Below are positions 1-11,960 of a DNA stretch of 64,000 nucleotides, piece by piece (the first letter of the stretch is position 1; each line of letters opens with the position of its first letter). A program made the position numbers and the translations under genes. The notes under the pieces are model-generated. The model was given only the letters and a program-made list of their open reading frames with translations, had not been told where the DNA came from and searched no databases. The stretch comes from Epiperipatus broadwayi (Eukaryota > Animalia > Onychophora), in contig JAQFVV010000011.1 in assembly GCA_028023455.1 (NCBI GenBank), forward strand, positions 1,054,001 to 1,118,000. The letters are read 5' to 3'.

Positions 1-614
1 AGGGCCTCAAAATTAAAAGGGCAGTGCTGGCTGGAGTAAAAAAAATATATTATGCATGATGATTGGTGCTGGAATCTCTTCAAATTTATATAAAAGCTCT
101 ACCTATGGCACATTAATGTCACATGATCTTTGTATAGTTCATATGATTATTATTACTATCATAAAAATAACAGCTGCATATATAACAGTTATAGCAAAAA
201 ATTAATTTTCTAAAGCAACTTATTTATAATCATATAGACTTTATTTATTTAGTCATGTCAATAAAATTTAACATAGCAACATAACATAGTTATTAAATTA
301 AATCTGTATTGAAAAAAGTAAACAAATATAATTAATATTTGCTCATTATAAGCTACAATTATTTTGAAATTAATATTTACAAAAATAATTGATTTATATA
401 CATAATTTTTATATTCACATGAATTATATTTGTTAAGAAATTTTCAAAGATAATAAAAGCCCTACAACTTAACAATTTTTTTTATTGTTATAAACAATTT
501 CTTTATTAAAATATATATATAAATAGATGAATATATTTATATACAATTAAATTTTAAGTTACAGATCTTCGAATTTGTTTATTTTTTTAATTTTTTTCTC
601 TAATTAAAATGATA

Positions 615-895
615 CCTATGTTAAGTATGAAGATTGGCTATCTTAATATATATCTGAGTACTTATTGCATATATGTGTGGAAATGATAATCTGGGCCAAC
701 TGATGATTGCTGGTTTAGTATGAAATACGTATATTGGTGATTATTTATCTTTTCGACATATATGTGTTCACGTGTATCAGTGTTATGAGATAGAGTGGAG
801 AGTGGTGGGTCGTGTGAAAGTCTGTGCTCATATATCCTATATATTACATATATTGATATAGGTATATAATAAGCCTGTATTTCAGTTATAACGAC
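615..895 (+). mobile_element. Family A hammerhead-containing SINE-like repeat, copy A1 (diverged)
   Basis: ATAATCTGGGCCAA-CTGATGA(700-706)-stem II-GAAA(722-725)-TACGTA-TA-TTGGTGATTAT, followed by the same downstream module and GCCTGTA 3' end as the copies at 28.8, 45.2 and 59.1 kb. Stem II closing pair is U.U and the B-box is decayed. Confidence 0.8.
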
Positions 896-2534
896 AGGTT
901 GCTGAGATATTTATATAATCGTTCTTAAACTTTCTTAGCCAATTATATTTTTTATTGTCACAAATCATATCGCATCTTATTGCCCATTTTGTTTTTTGAT
1001 CATAATAACAAAACCTTTTAATATTATTTTTATCTGTTGTGTGCATTGAGAAAAAACCAATGTATATATATTTTAAATCTTTCTTGCATCTGAAAAGATA
1101 TTAAAGGTGAGTTTGGTCATATCTGCATGAACTAATCTGTACACACAAATGTATATGTTTATGGGGTGTTTTTCTTTTAGTGCATTTGACTTATTCTTTG
1201 TGAAGCTATCTTTTGATTTCTTCTTCTTCAAACTTCTTCACCTAGAAGACTTCAATATCTTGCCTAATTGTAATTTTTTCAATCCTCAACCTACATTCCT
1301 TCTCATAGGAAGCATTCAGAAAATTAAGAGCAGTAATGTTTTAGTATAATATGCCAATTTTTTCATGCATGAGATTATATTTATAAAACTTTTCTGCTAT
1401 TATGCAATTTTTATGTAAAATACATTATAAGTAAATAACATTTAGCATTTTTTAAATAATATATTGTGAAAAAATTTAAGTTTAAATATTACTTACTTTA
1501 ATGATATTTCCGAACCTTCTTTTCATTTAACACTTTCTATATTTGCGCTTAAATATATAAATAAAAGCAATAGAGTATTTTTCAAATTCGAACCAGGTAG
1601 TTGTGACTTCATTTTTAAAAAAATCAATTTTATAATAAAAATAACTTTTGTAAAAACAAAACTGCATGGCATTGAACACAAAAATTTGAATGATTACAAA
1701 ATGAATGTTAAAAATTATTATGGCTGCATTCTGGATTTAAAAAGTGACAACTGTCTTCACGGAATAAAGTGTTGATGTTTTTGCACTTCAAGCAATTCGT
1801 TATTCATCTAATAATATCATCCACTTAAAACTTCTGGGTTTACATTGATTATCAATAAAATGCATCATACACATAATATTGCTACATTTGTTTCAAACCA
1901 TGTTGTAAAGCAAATAACTTCTGCAGAAGACAGCTTAAACAAAATTGCAATTACTTTTCAGATAGATAACTTTTAAATAAAAAATAAATAATATTTATTG
2001 TATACACTGTAGATAATAAGTAGTAAAATATATTCTACCAGAGTATGTAGACAAGTATTAACTATTATGATAATAAATCTTTGGTACAAAACAATATTTG
2101 TTGCTTTGCTGAGACAGGCTTTCGTTGCAGCATGTCTTTGTCATATACAATATTTATGAATTTCCTAATGGAAACTGATCCTCATTCTCCTCTTTCCAAA
2201 TCTTTCTGCATTTTATATTTATAGGAGATTTATATTCTTATAATAGCATAACCAGGATATACACATGAGGCTCAAGTAAGTTGTCCATTTTTAGAATGGA
2301 TGTATTTAAACAATTCATGTGTACAGTATAATGCCAAATTGAAATAGAAGTAACTATAACTTTCAGTGGAGCTATGTATAAACTAATAATCAATCCCCCA
2401 AAAATTATAAAAAGAATAGAATGATACTATCTATTTTTTAAGCTCCAAAAGTATTTTAAGCATTAATTTATTCAGAGAATGAAATCTGTTTATAAGTTTA
2501 AGTTCAGTGTAAATGATCTGAAATCACTATTTAA

Positions 2535-2690
2535 AACAGGCAAAAACTCACTATACATATTGCCACACACAGCAAACTAGAGTAATCAATGAATGCCAGA
2601 AAGCTTGTGCACAAAATCCCCATCTAATTCCTACTCATCCAATATCCCCAGACTAGTTTCTGGCTTGTGGCCTTCATCAGTGAGGAGCTT
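2535..2690 (-). mobile_element. Family C repeat (PLE pseudo-LTR-like) with minimal hammerhead
   Basis: Closely similar to 40255-40405, with partial matches at 3494-3600, 18507-18649 and 32945-33005. Carries an HHR at 2645-2686 on the minus strand. Confidence 0.8.
2645..2686 (-). ncRNA. Minimal type I hammerhead ribozyme motif (family C)
   Basis: Minus strand CCUCA-CUGAUGA-A-GGC-CACAA-GCC-A-GAAA-CUAG-UC-UGGGG. Stem I is CCUCA/UGGGG, stem III is the palindrome ACUAGU, and the cleavage triplet is GUC. Non-canonical A.A at the base of stem II. Confidence 0.7.
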
Positions 2691-3493
2691 TGGCAATGCC
2701 TCTTTTGTAATAGCCACTGAATGGAAAAAATTTTCTGTTTAGGTGGATGGAAATCAGATATTACTTCTAATCTATGTTTTGTTTTTACAAAAGTTTTTCA
2801 CTTTTATCTGATGATGTCCTGATATTGGAACATTTTCTCTCCAATATAATTCAAGTTTAATTACTTTTGTAATTCAATTCCTGTAGTTGAAAGTTATCCA
2901 GTTTTGAAATGGAATTTAAGAAAAACTGACTTGAGTCAATGTATTGAATATCTTGAGTGGAGTACTAGTAGAATTTCTTCAAGTACTTCTTCCTATAATA
3001 TATTTTAAAAAATCATTTTAATAGCTGCAAAAGTGATTAATTCCAGATTGGAACAAAATCAAATATGCTCTTTATGATTCATAGTTGTCTACCAAAAAAA
3101 TCCAGAATTTTCTGACAAAACTTATTAAATCACTGGATTATGCTGGGGAAAAAGTGGAAACTATAAAAAAACAACATCTGGTCAAGAGTGTGGTAATTTC
3201 TATAGAAATTTGATGGTTTTAAAAGCTTTTCTCTAAAAGAGCTGTTATTACATCTGATAATGAAATTGTCAGTATTATATAACAGACTTCTAAATCCACA
3301 ATAGTATACTTCCTGAGTTCTAAAGAATTAGATCACCAAGCCAAAGCATGGTTGATAAAACTATTTACTGGTATCATCATATATAAACAATTTCAAAAAT
3401 TTGGCATAAAAGTGGAACTATAGCAGTCTTAAAATCAAATAAACTCAACAAATAATCCAAAAAATTATTTGCCCAATATCATCATTATATAAA

Positions 3494-3632
3494 AACAGGC
3501 AAAACTCTCCATACATTAGCACCATTCAATGAAAGCCAGATTAATCAATGGATGCCAGAAGGCTTGTGCATAAAATCCCTATCTAGTGCTTGAGCAAGCA
3601 TAAGAAATGGTGGTCATGTGATCATTATTATA
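3494..3632. repeat. Family C partial copy (no HHR part)
   Basis: AAAACAGGCAAAACTCTCCATAC...GATGCCAGAAGGCTTGTGCATAAAATCCCTATCTAGTGC matches 40255-40345. It is then joined to GAGCAAGCATAAGAAATG, also seen at 40635. Confidence 0.75.
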
Positions 3633-3663
3633 TGTTTTCTACAAACTAATTGAATCATGTTAA

Positions 3664-4720
3664 GAAGAGGCTGGATGTAAGCCATGAAAAAATTGCTGTG
3701 AACAAGTTTTATCTTTAACAATTTACATTGGAAAAGATTTTAAAGATAAATTAAAAACTGGTGTGATTTTTATTGATCCATCAATTTATGATTTGCTTTA
3801 CAAAAAATGGTTTCTAAAAAATTTCAAAAATTTTTAAATACAGAAAAACTATCAATTTACTTGGAAAAATATTATCCAATAGAAAGCAAGTGATACTAAA
3901 TGATAGTTATACATTTTACAGAATGATTCAGTAGAGGATTCAGCTTTCTTATCTATTTTTAAGTAATTTTCCAGTTTACAGAATGCAGGAAATTCATCTA
4001 TAGCAATGACATCACTTTGGAAATCCTTTTCTGAAATAGAAATGTATCTTAATAAGAAAGATTGAGGTCTTATATATACTCCAATAAAGACAATGTACTT
4101 CTTTTCTTCTAAGTAATAGGAAAGCATCTCGTAATATGAATATAATGTTTTGCAACAAAAGATTGAAAAACAATTCTCCCCTGTGGTATTTTAAGACTAA
4201 CTTTGGTTATAAAAAAATGTATCTACTTCATTTCTCTAAATTTTGTTTAAAATAACTTCTAAGAATAACCTCTTTAGAAATCTGAGTGGTATTATTTAGG
4301 ATTATAATGCAAGCACTCTATAAACCATTTTCTTACCAGAGCTTATTCTATTGTTGTATATTGTGCCAATACGTAAGAAAAAATTATGACACTAAACATC
4401 TAGATACTAAATCAAATATTATAATAAAAAGTATTACTGGTTCATTCAAATCTACTTTTCTGCAATTAGTTTCCACTACTTATCCATATTAGTCTACTAG
4501 ATATCAGATGGAAAGTTACTTCACAGAAAATATATATAAAAAACTGTCAAGTAGATCTGATTTACTAATAACTCATGATATAATTTTGCTACCGAAGACT
4601 CATCTCAAATCAGAATATTCAATCAAAATTCTGCAATCAAAGAATTATAGAATAAAATGGATTTCTTATAAGTTTCCAAATAAATTTCTTTTTCCAGATT
4701 TGCCTAAAACCAGTTAGATT
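3664..4720 (+). pseudogene. Decayed non-LTR retrotransposon reverse transcriptase (I/Jockey-group-like)
   Basis: 3664-3835 reads EEAGCKP*KNCCEQVLSLTIYIGKDFKDKLKTGVIFID, resembling the RT motif EQAGFRPxRSCxDQVLxLTxxIExGFxxKLKTxxVFID. 4260-4490 reads KNNLFRNLSG...KHLDTKSNIIIKSITGSFKST, a typical post-RT region. Many stops and frameshifts. Confidence 0.55.
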
Positions 4721-5324
4721 TTATTAGAGTTAGGAAAATCTCATTAGGAGATTGAGGATAAATCATCATCATTATGATCATTTATTTTATAAATGTAATT
4801 TGGACAAGCACAAACCATACATCATATTGTTAATGACTGTCTAATCTATGGCTATAGTTGGAGAATTGAAGCACTTAGCAACTATTAATCCTGTGAACTG
4901 ATTAAAATTTTTTCAGATTTTTTCATAATATTTTACTAATAATTAAGCTATCTGAAAAAGGAAAATCACATGCTAAATAATAAAATATTTAAATTATTTT
5001 GCATAACTGTAGTTGTGTTTTTTTTTTTGGCTACAACCATTTATAATATTCTCTATTATGATACAATAAGGACATGAATAGTATCACTTTCACTTAGTGT
5101 AGTCATTATCAATGATCTTGAATCATCAAATAATTCATTAATTTGGATTCTATTAATTTGAACTTGTTTAAAATAAATCAGATCATCCTTTCCTTTACAC
5201 AATTTCTGAAATGGATAATAAATTTTTTATAGTTTAATAGGAAAAAGAAAAAAAATGATATTGATTTTTATTTCAATGATATATATATATATATATAATC
5301 AAAAAATCAAGTCATATATCATGT

Positions 5325-5520
5325 GACTTGTTTTAAGCTTGTATTACAGATATGTAATACAGGGAGTGTCCTAATAGCCCTTACAAGCTTTTTATCGATA
5401 AGTGTCGCAAGAGAAACCATTTAAAAATCTCTATCTAGAATTATCCCTATCCCAAACTGGTTTCAAGCTGTTGAGTTTCCTCAATGATGTACTAGGATAT
5501 TCAGACACTAGATCTATAAA
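5325..5520 (-). mobile_element. Family D repeat (PLE pseudo-LTR-like) with degenerate HHR
   Basis: Shares AAGCTT-TTTATCGATAAGTG...CTATCTAGAA blocks with 6024-6236, 8990-9180, 24011-24270 and 26546-26672. Minus strand UUGAGGA-AACUCAACAGCUU-GAAA-CCAG-UU-UGGGA at about 5450-5490. Confidence 0.65.
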
Positions 5521-6023
5521 TGATATATTATTCAAATTCATTCATGTATGATTTATTGCACTAATATACTGATGTTTCAAATGGTCACACTGACTACCAA
5601 CTGGGTAATGAATATTATAAAAACAATCATAAGATTTGTTGCAAGCAATGAATGGTGTATGTTCTACCAGTAGAAAAATAGGTGTAGAAAATTTTAAAAA
5701 TAAAATAATAAAAATCAGAAATTATTCAAGTTAATGTATTTTTCTTGCTAAATTATTCCAAGTAGAAGGTATTTTATATATATCATCTCTTTTGTTGATA
5801 CGATTTGATCTTTTAAGGATCGCAATGATTTCTCTGATCTTAACAGCAATATATATGAATTGTAGGCCCCAATATTAAGAAAGTTCAAAGTAAAAAAGTG
5901 TTTGTGAATGGTGCACTTTGCATAATATCTTAATTGAATATCATGAATGCTTTGGGCACAAAAATCACTATAAAAGAATTTGGATGCGTCACACATTCAA
6001 AACCTTGAAGTATTCTCATTTAT

Positions 6024-6236
6024 TGTTCACTAGAGGGACATTACAAATAGCTCCAATCAAGCTTTAATTTATAAGTGCCAAAAGAGAAAGAATTCAAAAT
6101 CTTTATTTGGAAGTCCTCATCCCCAGACCAATTGGTTTCGAGCTTACGACACTTATAAATTAAAGTTTGATTGGAGCTATTGGTAAACTCCCTCTAGTGA
6201 ACATTTTAATACAAGCTTAAAACAAGTTACACATTT
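6024..6236. mobile_element. Family D fold-back copy
   Basis: Inverted arms 6024-6077 / 6150-6203 (TGTTCACTAGAGGG...ATAAGTG / CACTTAT...CCCTCTAGTGAACA). They enclose the 3' half of a minus-strand HHR, GAAA-CCAAUUGG-UC-UGGGG. Confidence 0.7.
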
Positions 6237-7439
6237 TATGTCTTGTTTTATTAATTATTATTCTCATTTTTTATTTACAGTTAAGAATTAAAATGTAAAA
6301 AAGTCAATACTACATGCTGTGTTGAATGATATGATGAAATGTTGTGACATAGATACATCTTTACTTACATGTTTTTCAATCACTAATAGAAAATATGTTT
6401 GCTAGTGTGCACATTTATTTATATTTTGATTTTATTTTTAAATAATCCAAGATTTAAATACAAGATATATCAGTTACTATTTTTTTATTGTATTGATTGT
6501 GTGTATAATATGTACATATATATAATTTTTTTAAAAATACAATAAAAACTAATATTTTTTTATTTTAATTAGATATTATAATTTTAAAAATATTGTTACA
6601 TGTCAAAACTTAATTGAATATATATTTGTTATTATTATTCTGATAGAATTCTCACTTTGCAGATACACATACAGAAAGATATGGACTGTGAGATCTGAGC
6701 ATGCTCAGTTGAATCCATATATGAAAAATATGACTGCTAATAATTTTTAAAAAATTAATATTAGAAATTAAGTTTTATAATAATCCCAAAAGTTAGTGTT
6801 ATATCTCAATTTACATTCAACTAATGGACTAATACAGATTCCATCTTATCTTGATTCGATTGACTATTCATTGTCACAGATCAATAGATATATAAATAGA
6901 AAAAATATATCCAATAGCAGAAACAGATCAATAAATGACCAGTAAATCTGATTGCTTTCATTGCAGAAGGTGATCTGGCTATAAATAGTCAGTTCATTTG
7001 GAGGTGGGGTCACACAATAGAAAATTACTGTCAGAGTTGTCCACTGCATGGCTAAAACAGTGGAACAAGTTTATGCTAGAGTTGGAAGCTGCTAGAATGT
7101 AAATCAAAAACAAGGTAAACTGTCACCAGCAGCGGCAAGTGTCACTATACCTACACATGAGGCAAGCTGTCACACCTAAAAGTATTAGGTATACCTAGAA
7201 GAGCACCTGAAATCTTTTATGTTAATAACTAAACACTATAGGCATACAATATAGCAAACATAATTGTGTAGTTGAAATATATTGTATATATGCATAAATA
7301 AAATATTTAATTGTATTTATGTGAGTCTATGTTGTTACATTTATAAATAACAATAGTTAGTGAATAGGTGAAAAAATAGGATTTTATTAAAAAATCAGAA
7401 TGATTATGACAATAGGATCACCAGTTGACTTCAAAATTG

Positions 7440-7660
7440 ATAATGAAGGCTTCAAAGTGATCGCATCTTTGCATCACTTATCACAACAAAGGATCAGTAA
7501 TAAAGAAGTTCATTATAAACTAATACTAGCCAGGGTTGCAACAATAACAACAACAAAAGACTGAAAAAGAGGGTTAAATGTACAGACGCATCTTTGCAAA
7601 GATAAATATTCAAGTGCCATGTTTACTATGACTACCTATGATTATAAAAATTAGTTGCCA
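7440..7660 (+). pseudogene. Very decayed RTE-like RT C-terminal remnant
   Basis: DNEGFKVIASLHHLSQQRISNKEVHYKLILARVA...*KRGLNVQTHL resembles the RTE post-RT segment (EIxRRLxxARxA...W). Weak. Confidence 0.3.
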
Positions 7661-8329
7661 AAAACGTTTCCAATATTGGCTAAGGAAAAGGTTTATTCTG
7701 TATCTTTATTTATTAATAGTAACTAAGTGATTTTGGCTAGAGAATCCAGATTCATAATACTCATAAGGTGATTGGTACGTCACCTTATGAATGCTTCTAT
7801 TCTGGCTTCTTCAGCCGAAAACTTTAAATTAGTACTTTGCTTAGTTATATCATAATTGAAATTTATCTGAAAAAATCTATAGAAAAATTTTATTAAATTA
7901 GTAGTATTTATATAGAAAAGTATGTGAAAATCTTCAAATTATTATCTATAAATTTTTATGAAAAAATCGTTATTTGTGAAAATATTTACAGTTTTCATAC
8001 ATGTAAATTATTGATATGTGATCTACAACCCTTATATAATCTAGAGTAATAAACTAAAAGTGTTTGCACTTTTCGTTTAAAGGTGGGTCAGTCAAATACT
8101 ATTATGAGTTGGTGTGACTTTAGTTGCCATTTTTTTTTATGTTTTGCTTGGTTACATTATAGGTAAAATTTACTTGAAAGACAGAAAAATGTCATTAAAT
8201 TATTATATATATTTGTGTTTCAGTATAATTTTGTATGTGCATTTCCTGATAGTAATTGTAAATCAAAAATAACCACGATCATTATATGTACTATGAAAAG
8301 CTTATTTATTCCTAAATTTATTTATAATA

Positions 8330-8830
8330 GCATGCTTAGCATGCTTTCAACTAGCTTGTAGTCATAATCAGCAGAAATACTTAAAGTGAATTACATAATT
8401 TATTGAGAGACTTTCAGTGAACTAATAATAGAATTTAAAGGAGTTGATTTACATAATCCACTTTTTTAAAAGGGGGATACTTCTTATTTGTAGCATTTAT
8501 GTTATTGGCAATGTATCAATCCTCTTTGACTTTGCATTTCACATGATATCTTTCAAAACAGACAATGCTGGCTGCTGTAAACTCAACTGTATGGCCACAT
8601 TTGGTTTTATATTCTAGAAATATGGATCTAACTTCAGCATTAGTTTTAGCCCTGTTACATTGATATCTGGACTTTCTCATTGCAAAGTTTTCACAAGATT
8701 AACCAAAATAAACAGTCCTGCAATTTGTACAATTGCATGTGATCTTGGATACCACCTGGGGAGACTGTTCTGGGGGCATCTTATCCTTGGAGTTGTTTAT
8801 TAAATGGTTAAGGGTGGGAGGGCTGTTCAT
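8330..8830 (-). mobile_element. Penelope-like element 3' remnant: GIY-YIG endonuclease pseudogene plus downstream HHR-like motif
   Basis: 8830 to 8470 translates without frameshift: KDKMPPEQSPQVVSKITCNCTNCRTVYFG*S...CGHTVEFTAASIVCFE...KVKED*YIANNINATN, matching the PLE GIY-YIG pattern (VVYxIxC..C..Y.GQT...GH..F...E..I...N). At 8376-8330: CUGAUUA-U-GACUA-CAAGC-UAGUU-GAAA-GCAUGC-UA. Confidence 0.7.
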
Positions 8831-8989
8831 TTTTTTAATGTTTTCTATTGCTTAAGTTTTACTTGTATATACTAAAGATTGAGAAAAAATGCATTGAAAT
8901 CAGACTCAAAAAGAAATAGAGCAAATAGTATTGATTCACAATATATATTATCAATGTCATTCTAATTCATTCAAAAAATTAAAAATAAT

Positions 8990-9182
8990 GTTTTACTTCA
9001 TTGTATAATAAGCTCGAAACTAGTTGGTCTGGAGATGAGAGTGTTCTGGATAGAGATTTTAAATATTTTCTCATACCGCATTTATTAATTAAGAGCTTGT
9101 TTGAGCTATTGGTACGCTCTCTGTATTGCATTTTTGTAACTACAAGCTTATAAAAGTAATGTCGCATTATATATGATTTGCT
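8990..9182 (+). mobile_element. Family D copy
   Basis: TAAGCTC-GAAA-CTAGTTGG-TC-TGGAG (3' half of an HHR), followed by AGATTTTAAATATTTTCTC...GAGCTATTGG...TACAAGCTT...ATATGATTTGC, matching 26546-26672 and the reverse complement of 5325-5440. Confidence 0.65.
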
Positions 9183-9502
9183 TTTTTAATTATTATATAT
9201 ACACATATGAATTTTTTTAAAAAAAAAAAAATTACAAATATGTGCTGCAAATTTCTTTCCCTGGTTTCAACAATTATTTGGTGCAATAACAATGAGACTA
9301 TTTTCAACATCTAATTGATATGTTAAATATTTTTAGGAAAATTTGTATTTTATTTATATTTTTCTAAATACATTCACCGTTGGCAGTTGGTAGCCAATCA
9401 GTGACAGTCAAGTTATGTAAATTGATCAATAACCCCTAGATTTGTGAATACTGGATTTGTGAGGTTTTATTCATTCAATTTATTCTTCCAAAGCATCACT
9501 TT

Positions 9503-9910
9503 AAAATTACACTACAGAAATATTTTTCATTAAGTGGATGATCTCTAGTCTAATGAATGATATTAATATATTTCCATGAAGTGGTTTGTGTCAAAACTGG
9601 GAGGGCAGCAAGTTTGACACATCAATTAAACTATAGTAAGTGGTTATCTCTCTGTATATATGCTGAACAATGATAAAAAGATGTGAAAAGAGATTGGGAT
9701 CTGGCACAACTTATGAGTGCTGCATTTTGGGGATTATACATTTTTTTCACGTCTTTGGCTATATATTTATGATTACACCCCTCCACAAGTGAATAGAAGC
9801 CAGTTCCTACCTTGCATGAAGGTAATGTAGTGAAAATTACTCTACAGAAATGTTATCCATTAAGTGGATAACCTCTAGTCTAATGAATAACTCATAAAAA
9901 TAATTAATAT
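9503..9910 (+). repeat. Family B (retrozyme-like) tandem: tail of one monomer plus one full monomer, period about 330 bp
   Basis: TCTCTAGTCTAATGAAT at 9542 and 9872. The HHR at about 9705-9735 has an internal deletion (CUUAUGA-GUGCUG//CAU-U-UUGG). Confidence 0.75.
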
Positions 9911-10619
9911 TGTGATGCTCTGATTTGTAAGCATTCAATTCTGAGTCTTGATTAAAGCATTTTAAGTTTATATATTGAACAAAATAATATTTATATTTTT
10001 ATATATTGATGAAGTTATACTGGACTGGGATTTTTTTAGCATACATATTTGTATGCATTCTAATGTAATAACTTATTTTTATGGTGAACTGCCTGGATTG
10101 TTTAGTGCAGTGATAGAATAGAGGACTTGAGAGCTCAAAGTCGATGGAACGTAATCTAATTAGTCATTTCCGGTTATTGAACTTCTAAGCAATAAACCGT
10201 TTCATAATTGTTATTTCAGTAGCAAACTATCAAAAAAATGTATATAAACAAGATATAATTTTTTTTTAGTTTTAAAAAAGTAAATAATTTTAGTACTTAA
10301 CTACAAGTAATTAAATTTAATTTGTGAGTTGATATATCATATTTATTGCAAAACAGAAATGTTTAATTGATAAATGAATGAGGATTATGAAACATGTCAC
10401 AAGTTTGAAATGATGTGTTGATGTTAAGATGAATATTTTTCTAGATTTCAATAATTGGTTTTATAAAAAAAGATTTTATAACTTATTTTAAATAATTTAC
10501 ATAATTCCACCATGTGGAGAAGTGGACGAAAGTTCCATTTTGTTAATATCTAATTCAAGTGATAAATATATTTTAAATAGTAATAATAGATTGGTTTGGA
10601 AAAATTACATATTATCTAG

Positions 10620-11960
10620 AGGCTAAGTTCTAATTACAAGATATCATCTCAATACATGGTGGACCCCCAAAACTTTTTGGGGTTCCCAATCACTGACCAT
10701 GATGAGAAAAATAATATTGAAAACTCACAAGATTGTACAAACCCTATCAAAGGTTTACCTATCAGTCCATGCGAAGGCTCCCTGCTAAACATGCTTGTAT
10801 TCCTAAGAATAAATTATTACATGTCTGGAATTACATTTACAAAGGCATTTATGAACAGAATCAATTCCATATGCTTAAAACTAATTTGTAAGGGAGGAAG
10901 TAGTTGCCCTGAGTACAAGGATACTATGGAAACCGACCAAACAAAATGGCCTCATTGCATTCTATCCTCACCATTCTCTTTCAAAAGGCATATAACACAA
11001 TTTTGAGATTTACCCAATGTTATCCAAAATTAGACTATATCACCAAAATTGACCCTACCAATTGTCCTCCACCAAGGTGGGGAGAACTGATCATACCCCT
11101 TTATACCGTTATTAGTAAATACCTTCAGATGGGAAATCACTCATTTATAAATAAAATTTCTTATTGGGAAGCCTATAAACTCTCTCATATCAATGATAAC
11201 CCTGAACCCATCCTATTGGGAATAATAAATAACAAAATCATAACCAGGTTCAGGTATTGGAATCTTGAGCCAAAATACATGGACTTTCTACTAAAGCTCA
11301 ACCTGAATGCCCTCTCAACCAATCATTTTTTTGTTTATAGGAAGGGACTATCAAGGATTGACCCTATATGCAGCCTATGTTTAAGGGATGAAGAGACTAT
11401 ATTGCATATATTATACTATTGTCCAACCATCCAGATCCACAGGAACTATATCAACATAATATCTAAACGTGCCACACCTCCTCTGGCTGTGATTACTGAT
11501 TGCTTAAAAGCTTATTCCCTTCCATCAGAATTCTAACCTTTCTAGCATTTACCCTATGGTCAGTGCAACCATATACTTTACACAGACCTTTACTAGTGAT
11601 ATTAAAAAAATATGGCCAAGAGATGGATTATTTGACCTTGTCTAATATAGTGACAGAAACATGGAATTTTGTCGTCCCCCCCCAAGACTTCCAAAATTAG
11701 CTATGATTCTTGATTGATTGTAGCTTTCCCCCTTTTCAGATGATAAAAATATTTATTATAGATATTACTTTGAATGACTTGGACCTATAAATTACCAAAA
11801 GGATTCTACAATGGAACTGTGCAATTTTTTCCTTTTCTCTTTTGCTTTGTTAAAAAACTTTCACCTAATTATTATCCAAAAATGTAAACCTTAGATATAA
11901 TAGAGTTTTTTTCTTATTTTAAAAAACAAACAAAAAACAATTAATCAAAAACAAAAACAA
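10620..11960 (+). mobile_element. L1/Tx1-type non-LTR retrotransposon 3' fragment (end of RT plus zf-RVT)
   Basis: FLGFPI motif (ORF 10656-11006), DPICSLCLRDEETILHILYYCP zinc-binding motif (ORF 10946-11536), frameshifts, and an A-rich tail at about 11920-11960. Confidence 0.85.

Noticed and set aside
6850-7200. Possible gag zinc-knuckle relic (CFHCRR)
   Set aside because: Incomplete CCHC motif with many stops and no LTR or pol context.
7770-7830. Minus-strand CUGAAGAAGCC next to the hairpin TCATAAGGTG...CACCTTATGA
   Set aside because: No GAAA after stem II and no stem I; insufficient for an HHR call.
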